Shown piece after piece: positions 28,058-40,331 of a stretch of DNA of 64,000 nucleotides. The notes beneath the pieces were generated by a model. That model searched no databases, was not told where the DNA came from, and saw nothing but the letters and a program-made list of their open reading frames with translations. Both the position numbers and the translations under genes were made by a program. The number at the start of each line of letters is the position of its first letter. The first letter of the stretch is position 1. Origin of the DNA: Raja brachyura (taxonomy: Eukaryota); NCBI GenBank assembly GCA_963514005.1, contig OY740804.1:33790001-33854000 (forward strand). The letters are read 5' to 3'.

Positions 28058-31000
28058 ACGTTTCCCAAAGTCAGGGTTTTTTTGTTTGTATTAATAAATA
28101 CATAATTGTTTTTCAGCTCTGTTTCAAGTCTGAAATACGTTAACATACTTCCTCCATCAGTTATTACGGCAGTGTGTGAGCATGGACGTGGTCCAGGGCA
28201 TGAAACCACAGAGCTTTGAAATCTTCATGAAGTCACTCACATGACTCCGAAGTAAAATAGTAAGATTAAATGAGAACTTACCAGTTTGAAGTTTGATCCT
28301 TATTTTATGAGGAGTTACGATGAGGGATTTTGTGCCCTCCACTCCCAACCCTCTATCATAAGGACAACTGGTATATTACTTCTTTTAATCTTACTATCTC
28401 CAGTCAGTGCTACTCTCTGTGATTTCACACCGCTGCTTTGAAGAATGTCGCGCATGCGTGCTGGCGGGGTCTTCACAAAATCCCTCATCGTAACTCCTCA
28501 TAAAATAAGGATCAAACTTCAAACTGGTAAGTTCTCATTTAATCTTACTATTAAATGCTATTGAGTTTATTAAGGCCAGAACCAGTGATGGAGGTGCTTA
28601 TGTGTTGTAGGATTATTTGATCTGGCTCTTTCGGAGATGTTCACAGTCACTTATTTGATATCGGTCGGCATAGGCAAGATGGGCCGAAATGCCTCTTTCT
28701 CCGCTACATCACTCTATTTGCAGCCAGGCATCAAAACAAATGCTTAATGACAGTCTAAAGACAATGGCTGGAAGCAGTAGCTTTCTGACCCTCGTAGACT
28801 GGGATTGTTTGGTTTGCAGGCCGGCAAGCAAAAGACTTGAAGACAAGCTGCTTGGCATATTGGAGGGGGTGAGCAGAATAGCCATGGCATGGAAACTCTT
28901 TTGAAGAATGTGAAGGCGTTTTGCTCTGGATACAAGCATGAGGTGCAGGCTGGGAGCAAGTCCCCAGTGTTGGCAATGGCAGCACAATCTCTTTTGCAGA
29001 CGCTTCCTAGAGATGCTACAAGTGATTTTGGTCTCCAGAGATGGGACGTCTGCAAGTCAGGTGGGTACAACAGTGGCAGACATTGCTTTGGTCACTGCAG
29101 AAGGCATACGGCCTGAGCGCCTACACAGAATGCCCCTCTGTTTTAGTTATCACTGAACAGGGCATATTGCACATGTACGCAAGTCCCACAAGAAGGTAAC
29201 TGCAGAGAGTGGTCCCCACTTGACCGAGATACTGGTGAGAGAAGGTGAAGAAAAGGTATTGATGGTCTGCCTTTGGAAGACCTTCCATACCCTGAAATTG
29301 GAAAGCAGTCCGGCAGAGGGAGTTTCAAGGAAGAGTATACCATCTGAAGTAGGAAGTGTGGAAATGTTTCTTGAAATGCAGGGACTTGTAGCGATGACTG
29401 TTGTAGTGTTTGATTGCAAGAGTTGTGTATTACTTGGTGCAAGCTTGGACGGACTGATATTGATTCAGACATATTGAAGCCAAGATGCAGAAAAAGAGGC
29501 TGAGATCCATGGTGGTAAGTCACAGGCATCGAAACCACTCAGAAAAAACAGCAAACAGTTCAGTCTGAAGAAGGGTCTCGACCCGAAACTCCACCCATCC
29601 CTTTTCATCAGAGATGCCATGCCTGTCCCGCTGAGTTATTCCAGCTTTTTGTGTCTTTCTTCGGTTTAAACCAGCATCTGCAATTCCTTCCTACACATTC
29701 CTAAACTGTTCAGATCTTGGGTTCAAACCCAGTTTGGTGCCCCATACTCCCAGTTCCGTCTTCCTTTGCTTTCTCCTAGTCGAGGCCTAAAGGTCCCCAA
29801 CATTGATCGCTTTCTGTTTTCCACAGAAAATCTCGTCAATGTTTCCATCTTATTTTCGCACTTGTCGTCAGATTTACAGCCAGATCCATTTAGTTCAGTT
29901 TCGTTTGTACAGCGCGGAAACAGGCCCTTCGGCCCACCGAGTCCGTGCCAAATTGCGATCCGCGCACATTAACGCTATCCTACTCCCATGAGGGGCAGTT
30001 TACAATGTTACCAAGGCAATTAGCCTACAAACCTATTTGTCTTTGGAGTGTGGGAGGAGACTGGAGCACTCGGAGAAAACTCATGCGGATCACGGGGAGA
30101 ACATGCAAACTCCATACACACAGCACCCATAGTCAGGTCTCTGGCGCTGTAAGGCAGCAACTCTACTGCTGTGCCACTGTGCCACCCTGATATGGTGCTC
30201 CTGTGGTAATTGTGGCTTTCCCTGTCGCTTGCACCCAGTGAGAATCCTGCTGCTTCATTCTCAGCTGTCGCATGAAAATTCTTAGACGCAGAGCAACTGT
30301 AGGGCAATAAAAGCATAATATATGCCCGGTGTCTAGCAACCAGCTGAAAGGAAATGTGGAAGTGACAGTGGAGATGGGTATTTATAGGAGGGGAGATTGA
30401 TTGTAAATAGTTAACATAGTGCATCCCCGCTGTTCTCCATGTCAATGTAAAAAGATAATCCATTCGATTCTACTGATCCCTGAGCCAAACAGTGTTGAGT
30501 ATGGACAACTTGTAGGATCTGATACCCGGCAACAGGGTGATTCACCACACTCAGACTTTGCAGAAGGTCAGAAGAAGGGTGTGTGGAATGAAAGCAGGGA
30601 ACATCTTGTCTGCAGCCATAAGCAAATGCCACAGTATTGATGCAGGTATCCCAAAAGTGCAGAGAACTGGCAGTGCTGAAAGTTAAATGTGGTTTGTAAA
30701 TATAAACAAGATGTATAGTCACGCAGTGGATGTGGGAAATTGTCAGATTTAGTCCAATTCCATACAATAAATAAACATATTTTATTTGCATCTGTCAATT
30801 GTTTCAGCAGAAATAAGAGAATAAGGTGTCATTTTTTAGGAGTCAAGGCAAGTTGAATCGATTGTCATTCGCACAAGTACAGTGAGATGCAGGTTCAATG
30901 AAAACCTTAACAAAAAAGAATTGCAGATGCTGGTTTATACCGAAGATAGTCATAAAATGATGGAGTAACTCAGTGGGTCAGGTAGCATCTCTGGAGAAAA

Positions 31001-31489
31001 TGAACAGGTGACGTTTCAGGTTGGGACCCTTCTTCAGACCATCTATCCATTATCTCCAGCGATGCTGCCACCATTTTGTGTCTAACAATGAAAATCTTGC
31101 TTGTAGCAGCATCGCAGGCACAGAGTCTCAGACAGCACACAAAAACATAAACGATACTTACATTTATAAATAGGTCGCTCTGCGGTTTGGGGGGACTGGT
31201 TGCCAAAGGCCAGAACTGTCTTGTAGCACAATGTGGCCAATCTGTAGATTAATAAGTTACTTAATTTGTCCATTGGCGTGTTACATGCGTATACCTATTG
31301 GAAGTCTATTTACTTGCTCAAACTGTTTCGTACTTGATTGTTGGAACCAATTGCAATGCCCAGCTGGCAGGGATTGAACTTGAGATGGCTTGTCCAGGTT
31401 GTTCATGGAAATGTTAGGCTAGCAGGGATGCGCTAAACATTACACCAGCAATACTGCCCTGATTGGTGAGTCCCCAGTTATCGGCCACT

Positions 31490-32298
31490 TTAGTTTAGTT
31501 TAGTTTATTGTCACGTGCACCGAGATACAGTGAAATTGTTGCGTGCTATCCAGTCAGCAGAAAGACAATACATGATTACAATCGAGCCAATTACAGTGTA
31601 CAGATACATGATTGGGGAATAACTTTCAGTGCAATGTAAATCCAGCAAAGTCCGATCAAGGAAAGTCTGAGGGTCACCAAAGAGGTAGATAGTAGTTCAG
31701 CACTGCTCACTGGTTGTGGTAGGATGATTCAGTTGCCTGATAACAGCTGGGAAGAAACTGTCCCTGAATCTGGAGGTGTGCATTTCCACACTTCTCTACC
31801 TGTTATCTAATGGGAGAGGGGAGAACAGTCCTTCATAGATGATAGATAATAGACTATAGCATCCCGCTTCCAGCATCTCAGCAGCTGTCTCTCAGTGAAG
31901 GCAGACCCTGATGGTGAAAGGATGACCAAGGACGGTAGGCCTGGCTTGTCCGCTGCACAACTGAGAAACCTGACTGACGAGGGAAGCCGCTGAGCCCGGC
32001 ACCTGAGCACCAGAGAACCGGAGAGGAGGCTGGAGGGAGTCGGCCATGACAATCGCAAGAACCAAGGCCCGGTGAAAGGGACAGGGCTCTTACCTTCCTC
32101 ACCCTCAAGGTCGGCTGCAAGTGGCGCCCCTAGGGCTCGGAGGCTGAATGGCAGCCTGGCGAGGAGAGGGCCGATGGCTCGCTGGGTGATCTGAATGGAG
32201 ATGACGGCTGCAACAAGACTTTGTCAGCTGCAGCTTGGACTTTGAAAATGGCACCAAACCTGGCGAGTCTTGTATATGGTCCCAGTCAGTCCGCCATT
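31490..32298 (-). mobile_element. Rex1-related element (3' tail plus GC-rich 5' part, probably non-autonomous)
   Basis: (ttagt)n/tttattgtca tail, ttcagggacagtttcttcccagctgtt motif shared with 18356-18400, 5' aaatggcgg. Confidence 0.5.
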
Positions 32299-32452
32299 TC
32301 TATACACGTTGCATTTGATCTGGGATTGTGCTTATGGTATAGTCATAATTTATTAGCTGTACGCAAAAAAACTGAATTTCACTGTACCTCGCTACATGTG
32401 ATAAGAAAGTAGCATTGAACCATTGAAATCTACCAGCACTTTCAAAGAGCAG

Positions 32453-32575
32453 CGTGCGTGCATGTGTATGTGTCTCAGTGTGTGTGTACATGTGTATGTC
32501 TCAGTGTGTGTGCATGTGTATGTGTCACAGTGTGTGTACATGTGTATGTGTCTCAGTGTGTGTACATGTGTATGC
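32453..32575. repeat. TG-rich minisatellite (unit about tgtgtatgtctcagtgtgtgtaca)
   Basis: 4-5 tandem imperfect units. Confidence 0.85.
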
Positions 32576-34172
32576 TTAGTTCATTTATAGTTGTTTTTGT
32601 TCATTGAGAAAATTGTATTTGAAGATAGAGACCACAGATCTGAAATTAACTTGTGTTTTACTGGGCAGCAGTGATCCCTGCCCTGCTCCATGCTTCTGAG
32701 ACCTGGAATATACACAGCAGGCATCTCAAAACAGACATGCTCTGTTATGAATGAATGAATAAGTTTATTGGCCAACTATTCCCATACAAGGAATTTGCCT
32801 TGGTGCTCTGCCCGCAAGTGACAACATAACACACAGTGACAGTTAGGAATGAATTAGCAGGGAATGGGATGGATAACATTTATGGGAAGGAATTAGCAGA
32901 GAAACAGTGGAAGAGATTCAAGATTGTACAGAAACCTTTCTTGAAGGAATGCAAGCATCCTCGGTAATACCTGAGAATCCCTGGCCCAGAGTGGAAAATA
33001 AACATTTGGGCTGACATTGAGATCTTGAGGCCATTCGTTGGGAACACATGAAAGTCCTGTGTTAGCACGAGCCCCACAAGCTACCCATCACAATTTCCCA
33101 TAGCCACCTCCTGCCCCACCTGGGGAAGAATCCCTGGCTCTTACATTGACCTCAAAACCTGCAGAACCAGAATGGAAGCAAACCAAAGACTTTAGACTTT
33201 GAGATGCAGCGTGGAAACAGGCCCTTCGGCCCACCGAGTCTGCGCTGACCAACGATCACTGGTAATAATTGTTGTCGTACACACCAGGGACAATTTACAA
33301 TTTACAGAAGCCAATTAACCTACAAATCTGTACGCCTTTGGAGTGTGCGAGGAAACCGGAGCACCGGGAGAAAACCCACATGGTCACGAGAAGATCGTAC
33401 ACACTCCGTACAGACAGTACCCATAGCCAGGGTCGAACCTGCGTATCTGGTGCTGTGAGGCACCAACTCTACCGCTGTGCCACCGTGCTGCTCCTCTTGA
33501 TTCTACTGGGCTGCCTGACATAATGTTCCTTTGCATAATCAGACTTCAGTTTACATTTCCAACTCTGCTGATTTGAACCACAGCTAATTTGTATGTTCGT
33601 ACAGATGTTCGCGGATCAGCTCTAGGTCTCAAGGGTGAAAGAGTATAGCCCGACTCATCTTTACTGAAGGTTACACTCTTTCACTTCTGGCTTGGTGCAC
33701 CTTATTCAGGGCAACTCCTCCCTTTTTTCCAGGTTTTTATGAGCAATCACTTCACAAAAACCTTTACTGGATCCAAAGTTGGATCACTGTTTTTGTTTCC
33801 TTTCCTAATTCAGGAGCCCAACAGGACATTATGATAACTAGATGCTTGATCAGCACAGAGCCGGTGTTAAACCCGAGCCCTTGTATTATTAGATTGATAC
33901 GGCCCAATGGTCATTACATTGCTGTGGATGGAATCCCCAATTAGCCTTGCCAAATTGAACTCGTATTTCAGTGATGAAGTAGGTCGGAGATGATTCTCGA
34001 TAGAGTTTCACTAGCAACGAGCGTTTACAGTCCCAGCCTGTCATCAACGGCTACAGACAGGGTTTCTAAAATTGGAATTGGATCACAGACCATACACTCA
34101 TACACCATGGAAACAGACCCTTCAGCCCAACATTTCCATGGCGACCAAGATACTCCATTTCAGCTAGTGTTA

Positions 34173-34488
34173 TGGCCCTGTCCCACTGTACGAGTTCATT
34201 CAAGAGCTCTCCTGAGTTTGCTCTGATTTGAACTCGGAGATTTATGGTAATGGCCGCTCGTAGGTACTCGGGGCTCTCGTGGACATTTTTCAACATGTTG
34301 AAAAATCTTCACGAGTCTTCCCGAGCTTACCGCGTTTCCCGAGTACCTGCCGTTAGCGTTACGAGCCGCTGAGAGACGTCCCGAGCTCTGACCTACCCGC
34401 TACGTACATCCTACGTGCTTCCACGAGTTTGATTTTTTTTAAAACTCGAGAGAGCTCTTGAATGAACTCATACAGTGGGACAGGGCTA
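34173..34488. mobile_element. PIF/Harbinger-type MITE
   Basis: Long TIRs tggccctgtcccactgtacgagttcattcaagagctctc; TTA TSD (34170-34172, 34489-34491). Confidence 0.88.
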
Positions 34489-35212
34489 TTATTCGCTTGC
34501 ATTTGCCCCATATCCCAATAAACCGATCGTATCCATGTACCTCTCCAAGTGTCTTTTAAATGCTGTTATTGTACCTGATTTATAATCAACTCGATTATAA
34601 AATAGAAAATAAAATAGATGGATCTGCCTTGTGTATCAATATATCACTGGTCAATATTAAAGACTTACTGAAAGTATATACACAGAGTAATAAAATTAGA
34701 ATTAGGATCTAGGCAAAAGGTTTGTTTGCACAACTCCATAAAGTTTATGAAATGGATAAACTACCGGAATTGTCCAACATGCACGCTGTCACCAGCAAGA
34801 TGTGTTCTTTCAGCGATTTCTCTCCTATCAGGAACACCTAACTTAGCCTGCTGCATCTCAATGGGCCCCATTGTTCAACAATGGAGGATAGAGTTTCTCC
34901 TTTGGACTATGGTGGACTATCTTTGATCAGAATTTACTGGACTTTATTTTCCACTAAATGTTATTCCCTTTATCTTGTATTTGGATGACTCGATTATAAT
35001 TATACATTGTCTTTCCACTGACTGGTTAACATGCAACAAAGGCTTTTCACTGTACCTCAGTACATGACAATAGCTAAACTAAACTAAACTAAAGTTGCCA
35101 CTGTTCTAGACCCACCTGTCCAGGGCTTTCTGATCCCATAGGGGTACTCTTCCTCCCTGTCCCCTCCTCATCATTGTACCTCGCATTCACTTAGTAGCAA
35201 TACTCCCCAGTA

Positions 35213-36602
35213 ACATAGAAACATAGAAAATAGGTGCAGGAATAGGCCATTCAGCCCTTCGAGCCTGCACCGCCATTCAATATGATCATGGCTGATCATC
35301 CAACTCTGTATCCTGTACCTGCCTTCTCTCCATACCCCCTGATCCCTTTAGGCACAATGGCCACCTGACTCCCTCTTAAATATAGCCAATGAACTGGCCT
35401 CAACTACCTTCTGTGGCTGAGAATTCCAGAGACTCACCAATCTCTGTGTGAAAAATGTTTTCCTCATCTCGGTCCTAAAGGAATTCCCCCTTATCCTTAA
35501 ACTGTGACCCCTTGTTCTGGACTTCCCCAACATCGGGAACAATCTTCCTGCATCCAGCCTGTCCAACCCCTTAAGAATTTTGTAAGTTTCCATAAGATCC
35601 CCCCTCAATCTTCTAAATTGTAGCGAGCACAAGCCAAGTCTATCCAGTCTTTCCTCATATGAAAGTCCTGACATCCCAGGAATCAGTCTTCTCTGTACCC
35701 CCTCTATGGCAAGAATGTCTTTCCTCAGATTTGGAGACCAAAACTGTACGCAACACTCCAGGTGTGGTCTCACCTAAACCCTGTACAACTGCAGTAGAAC
35801 CTCCCTGCTCCTATACTCAAATCCTTTTGCTATGAATGCTAATATACCATTCTCTTTCTTCACTGCCTGCTGCACCTGCATGCCTACTTTCAATGGTTGG
35901 TGGACCATGACACCCAGGTCTCGTTGCATTTCCCCTTTTCCTAATCTGCTACCATTCAGATAATAGTCTACCCTCCTGTTTTTGCCACCAAAGTGGATAA
36001 CCTCACATTTATCCACATTATACTGCATCTGCCATGCATTTGCCCACTCACCCAGCCTATCCAAGTCACTTTGCAGCCTCCTAGCATCCTCCTCACACGT
36101 AACTATACCCCCCAGCTTAGTGTCATCCGCAAACTTGGAGATGTTGCATTCAATTCCCTCGTCCAAATCATTAATATATATTGTAAATAGCTGGGGTCTT
36201 AGCACTGAGCCTTGCGGTACCCCACTAGTCACTGCCTGCCATTCTGAAAATAACCCGTTTACTCCTACCCTTTGCTTCCTGTCTGCCAGCCAGTTCTCTA
36301 TCCACATCAATACTGAACCCCCAATGCCATGTGCTTTAAGTTTGTATACTAATCTCTTATGTGGGACCTTGTCGAAAGCCTTCTGAAAGTCCAGATATAA
36401 CACATCCACAGGTTCTCCCTTATCCACTCTACTAGTTGCATCCTCGAAAAATTCTATAAGATTTGTCAGACATGATTTACCTTTCGTAAATCCATGCTGA
36501 CTTTGTCCAATGATTTCACCCACTTTCCAAATGTGCTGCTATCCCATCTTTAATAACTGACTCTAGCAGTTTCCCCACTACCGATGTTAGACTAACTGGT
36601 CT
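35213..36602 (-). mobile_element. CR1/HER1-like LINE, 5'-truncated, young
   Basis: ORFs 35774-36523 and 35348-35773: QHGFTKGKSCLTNL, YLDFQKAFDKVPH, SGVPQGSVL, YINDLD, KFADDTK; (catagaaa)n tail. Confidence 0.95.
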
Positions 36603-37904
36603 AAGGATGTTAGTAACCTGCAGAGTGTTGCTTGCATCATGGTCTACGTCTTTATGGTCTTCCCCATGGAGATCCCTCCTGCTGGAGATCATTTCTGCAG
36701 AACCTGCAACATGTCTATTGGGAATGGCAGCTGGAATTGAGAATGTTGTACTGCAAACCTTTGCTCTTGCAGCATCTGTTCTTGTCACTGCTCACACTAA
36801 GAGCACCCGAGTGAGTCACAGAGCATGGATTGGTGCCAAGGGTGTGATATAGTACTGGATGTACTGATTTAAAGCTGGGATTAATAAATTACCTGTCAAC
36901 ACCTGACTTCATTTACCAGTTGGGTTTTGCATGGAGTTTGGTGGATTAAAAATTCAACGAGCAAATAGCAAGAGTGTTTGTGTTGCGCAGTTACTAAGGA
37001 CACATGGGTCAAAACCGAGAGGGAGAAGACCAAAACTAGAGATGGCATCTCCAGACAGTGATGCAAAGACTTCTAGAATATTTCAGAGGCTATATTACAG
37101 TTATGCTACTCGACTAGCAACCAGAGTTCTGGACCATTCGTGCACGGCCATGAGTTCATGGCAGCTCGGAAAATAAACTGAAGTAATAAAGTAAATCTGG
37201 ATTATTTTTCTTAAGCAACACCCGACTCAACAATATATGTACGGCAATCATTTTACTGAACTGTATGCAAAAAAATAAAAATGTCACCGTACCTTGCTGG
37301 ATGTGATAATGAAGAACCATTAAACCATTGAACCATTGATTAATCGTGAATGTATCATTTTATCTGAAAGACCACTTTGCTTGATGAATGTTCTGGGAAG
37401 GAAATCTACCATTCTTGTCTGGTGAGGCTTGTAGGGGCCGCATCACATATGGCTGACATTTAATTGTTCAGATCTGGGGCAATTAGTGATGGATACTAAA
37501 TGCTGGTGTTGTTACAGGTGTCCACATCATGCGAATGAATAAATAAAGAACATTGCTCAAGGTGGCAGTGAACCAGCACGGTCATATTCAGGGTCAATCC
37601 ATAGTCCTAACTATTCCCATGTATGGCACAATAATGCCACAATGGATCCTTTTGGCCAGAGAGAGAGGAAATTAAACTGTGAACCATGGAAGCAAGGAGC
37701 CAGGGAATCAATTTGCGATGAGCAAGTAGTTCCTGCAGGTACATGAGAAATTTAGTTTAGTTTAGTTTAGGGATCCATCGTGGAAACAGGCCCCTCGGCC
37801 CACTGAGTCTGCTCAGACCAGCGATCCCCATACACTAGCACTACCCTACACACTAGGGACAATTTGCAAATTTTACCAAAGCCAAATTAACCGACAAACC
37901 TGTA

Positions 37905-38117
37905 GGAAGGAACTGCAGATGCTTGATTAAACCAAAGATAGACACAAAAAGCTGGAGTATCTCAGCGGGTCAGAGAGCATCTCTGGAGAAAAGGAAGAGG
38001 TGACGTTTCGGGTGGAGGCCCTCTCAGTCTGAAGATGGGTCTCGGCCTGAAACGTCACCTCTTCCTTTTCTCCAGAGATGCTGCCTGACCCGCTGAGTTA
38101 CTCCAGTTTTCTGTGTC
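37905..38117. mobile_element. Fold-back Penelope-like unit inserted into a V-SINE
   Basis: Inverted arms; 15/16 direct repeat aacc(g/t)acaaacctgta at 37889-37904 and 38118-38133. Confidence 0.8.
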
Positions 38118-38819
38118 AACCTACAAACCTGTACGTATTTGGAGTGTGGGAAGAACTGGGGCACCCGGGGAAGACCCACGCCATCCCATTTGTACGTCCG
38201 ATACAACCCGACATCACACATCGTTCACAACATAACCACACTACATTAAGAGCATTGCTGAAGAAAGTAGACACAATTAATAGCAATGACCATGACATGA
38301 ACCTCCTGATACAACTAATTTTTAGTTTAATTTGGTTTAGAGATGCAACATGGAAACAGGTCCTTTGGCCCACCCAGTCCACACCAACCATCGATCACCC
38401 CTTCACATCGGTTCTATGTAATCACACTTTCTCATCCACAAGGGGCAATTTACAGAGGCAATTAACCTGCACGTCTTTGCAGGAAACTGGAGCGCCTGGT
38501 AGAGATCCATGGGGCCTCAGGGAGAGCATGCTAACTCCACATAGATAGCACCCGAGGTCAGGATTTAACCCGGGCATCTGGTACTATGAGACTGAGGCAG
38601 AGTGCCACTTTGTCATTCAGAGAGATGCGACACAGGAGCAGGAAGCCTCTGTAATCATCATTGCCGAAAGCGTTATCATTTTTTTGATAACTGTAAATTG
38701 CCCTTAGTATGTAGGCGAGCGTTTGAATTGAGAGAGAGGAAGACACAACTTTTGCATGTGCCCCCTTTCCAAATGGATTTCTTTCTCCGTGAGTTAAATG
38801 AAAATAGATGTGTTGGGGA

Positions 38820-38980
38820 GAAAAGATAAGGTGAGGGTTAAGGAAGGCCATCTGTGATTGATGGGACCACTGGTGATGACTGAGCTGCAATTTATTTTGG
38901 GCTGGTAGTCCTCTCCTCCCTTGCTCCCTTATTTGGTGCCTGAGGTATTTTAATGCAGCGGGGATTTCTCCCTCACTCAG
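38820..38980 (+). promoter_or_regulatory. APOBEC2 proximal promoter (muscle type)
   Basis: GATA AGATAAG 38824-38830; E-box CATCTG 38849-38854; perfect CArG CCTTATTTGG 38927-38936; TATA-like TATTTTAA 38946-38953; Inr-like TCACTC about 29 nt downstream. Confidence 0.65.
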
Positions 38981-39028
38981 TACCGAGCTGCCACCAGTCT
39001 GTGCACAACACACTGACCTTGTCAAGCA

Positions 39029-39141
39029 ATGGCCGACAAGAAGGCTGAAGAAGCGACCCCGCAGGTTGACAAGGAGGAAACAGCAGAGGGCAACGAAAAC
39101 ATTGAAGAAGCTGACCTGGGGCCTTTTGTAATAGTCATTGG
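39029..39141 (+). CDS. APOBEC2: APOBEC2 coding exon 1
   Basis: gcaATGG start; MADKKAEEATPQVDKEETAEGNENIEEADLGPFVIVIG (compare human ...ELPPFEIVTG); donor GG|GTAAGT, phase 2. Confidence 0.92.
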
Positions 39142-39392
39142 GTAAGTGTCAAACTCTATGCACTTGGTGCTCTGCACCCTAACCTTCAGATTCTAATGCG
39201 GACTAACTACTAAAAGCTGTAAAACCTAATCTGTAGGAAGGAACTGCAGATGCTGGTTTACACCAAAGATAGACACAAAATGCTGGAGCAACTCAGCGGA
39301 ACAGGCAGCATCTCTGGATAAAAGGAATGGGTGATGCTTTGGGTCGAGGCCCATCTTTAGGCTGAGAATTAGGGGACAGGGAAACGAGAGGT

Positions 39393-40213
39393 ATAGAAAC
39401 ATAGAAACATAGAAATTAGGTGCAGGAGTAGGCCATTCGGCCCTTCGAGCCTGCACCGCCATTCAATATGATCATGGCTGATCATCGAACTCAGTATCCC
39501 GTACCTGCCTTCTCTCCATACCCTCTGATCCCCTTAGCCACAAGGGCCACATCTAACTCCCTCTTAAATATAGCCAATGAACTGGCCTCAACTACCCTCT
39601 GTGGCAGAGAGTTCCAGAGACCCACCACTCTCTGTGTGAAACAATTCCTTCTCATCTCGGTCCTAAAGGATTTCCCCCTTATCCTTAAGCTGTGACCCCT
39701 TGTCCTGGACCTCCCCAACATCGGGAACAATCTTCCTGCATCTAGCCTGTCCAACCCCTTAAGAATCTTGTAAGTTTCTATAAGATCCCCTCTCAATCTC
39801 CTAAATTCTAGAGAGTATAAACCGAGTCTATGCAGTCTTTGTTCATAAGACAGTCCTGACATCCCAGGAATCAGTCTGGTGAACCTTCGCTGCACTCCCT
39901 CTATGGCAATAATGTCCTTCCTGAGATTTGGAGACCAGAACTGTACGCAATACTCCAGGTGTGGCCTCATCAAGACCCTATACAACTGAAGTAGAACCTC
40001 CCTGCTCCTATACTCAAATCCTTTTGCTATGAAAGCTAACATACCATTGGCTTTCTTCACTGCCTGCTGTACCTGCATGCCTACTTTCAATGACTGGTGT
40101 ACCATGACACCCAGGTCGCGCTGCATCTCCCCTTTTCCTAATCGGCCACCATTTAGATAGTAGTCGGTTTTCCTATTTTTGCCACCAAAGTGGATAACCT
40201 CACATTTATCCAC
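39393..40213 (-). mobile_element. CR1/HER1-like LINE 3' fragment inserted inside an inverted Penelope pair (39228-40400)
   Basis: ORF 39491-40333 VDKCEVIHFG...[21 protein letters not shown]; very similar to 35213-36020. Confidence 0.92.
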
Positions 40214-40303
40214 TTGAAGGTAAAGTGTGAAAACGAGACACCAAAGGAGACAAAAGGGGAAAAGACAATTTCCTTGATCTTCGTCCCCCTTTGATCTCTC
40301 AGT

Positions 40304-40331
40304 CTGAAGAAGGGTCTCGACCCGAAACGTC
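40304..40331 (+). ncRNA. Minimal type-I hammerhead ribozyme motif (Penelope pLTR), sense to APOBEC2 intron 1
   Basis: agt-CTGAAGA-a-gggtc-tc-gaccc-GAAAC-GTC-act; 5-bp stem II, 3-bp stem I; activity not shown. Confidence 0.65.

Larger units (their letters stand above)
24091..28552 (+). mobile_element. DIRS1-type tyrosine-recombinase retrotransposon, full span, inactivated, with internal inversion 24697-26670
   Basis: Left ITR from 24091; ICR 28223-28334 complementary to both termini; ATT at both ends; gag remnant, RT (DLKDAY, AYLDDIL), RNase H (QTDAS..GWG), MT-like and YR domains. Confidence 0.93.

Noticed and set aside
28735-29530. Host coding exons among several overlapping ORFs
   Set aside because: They look like very degenerate LINE (RTE-like) remnants, with no splice structure
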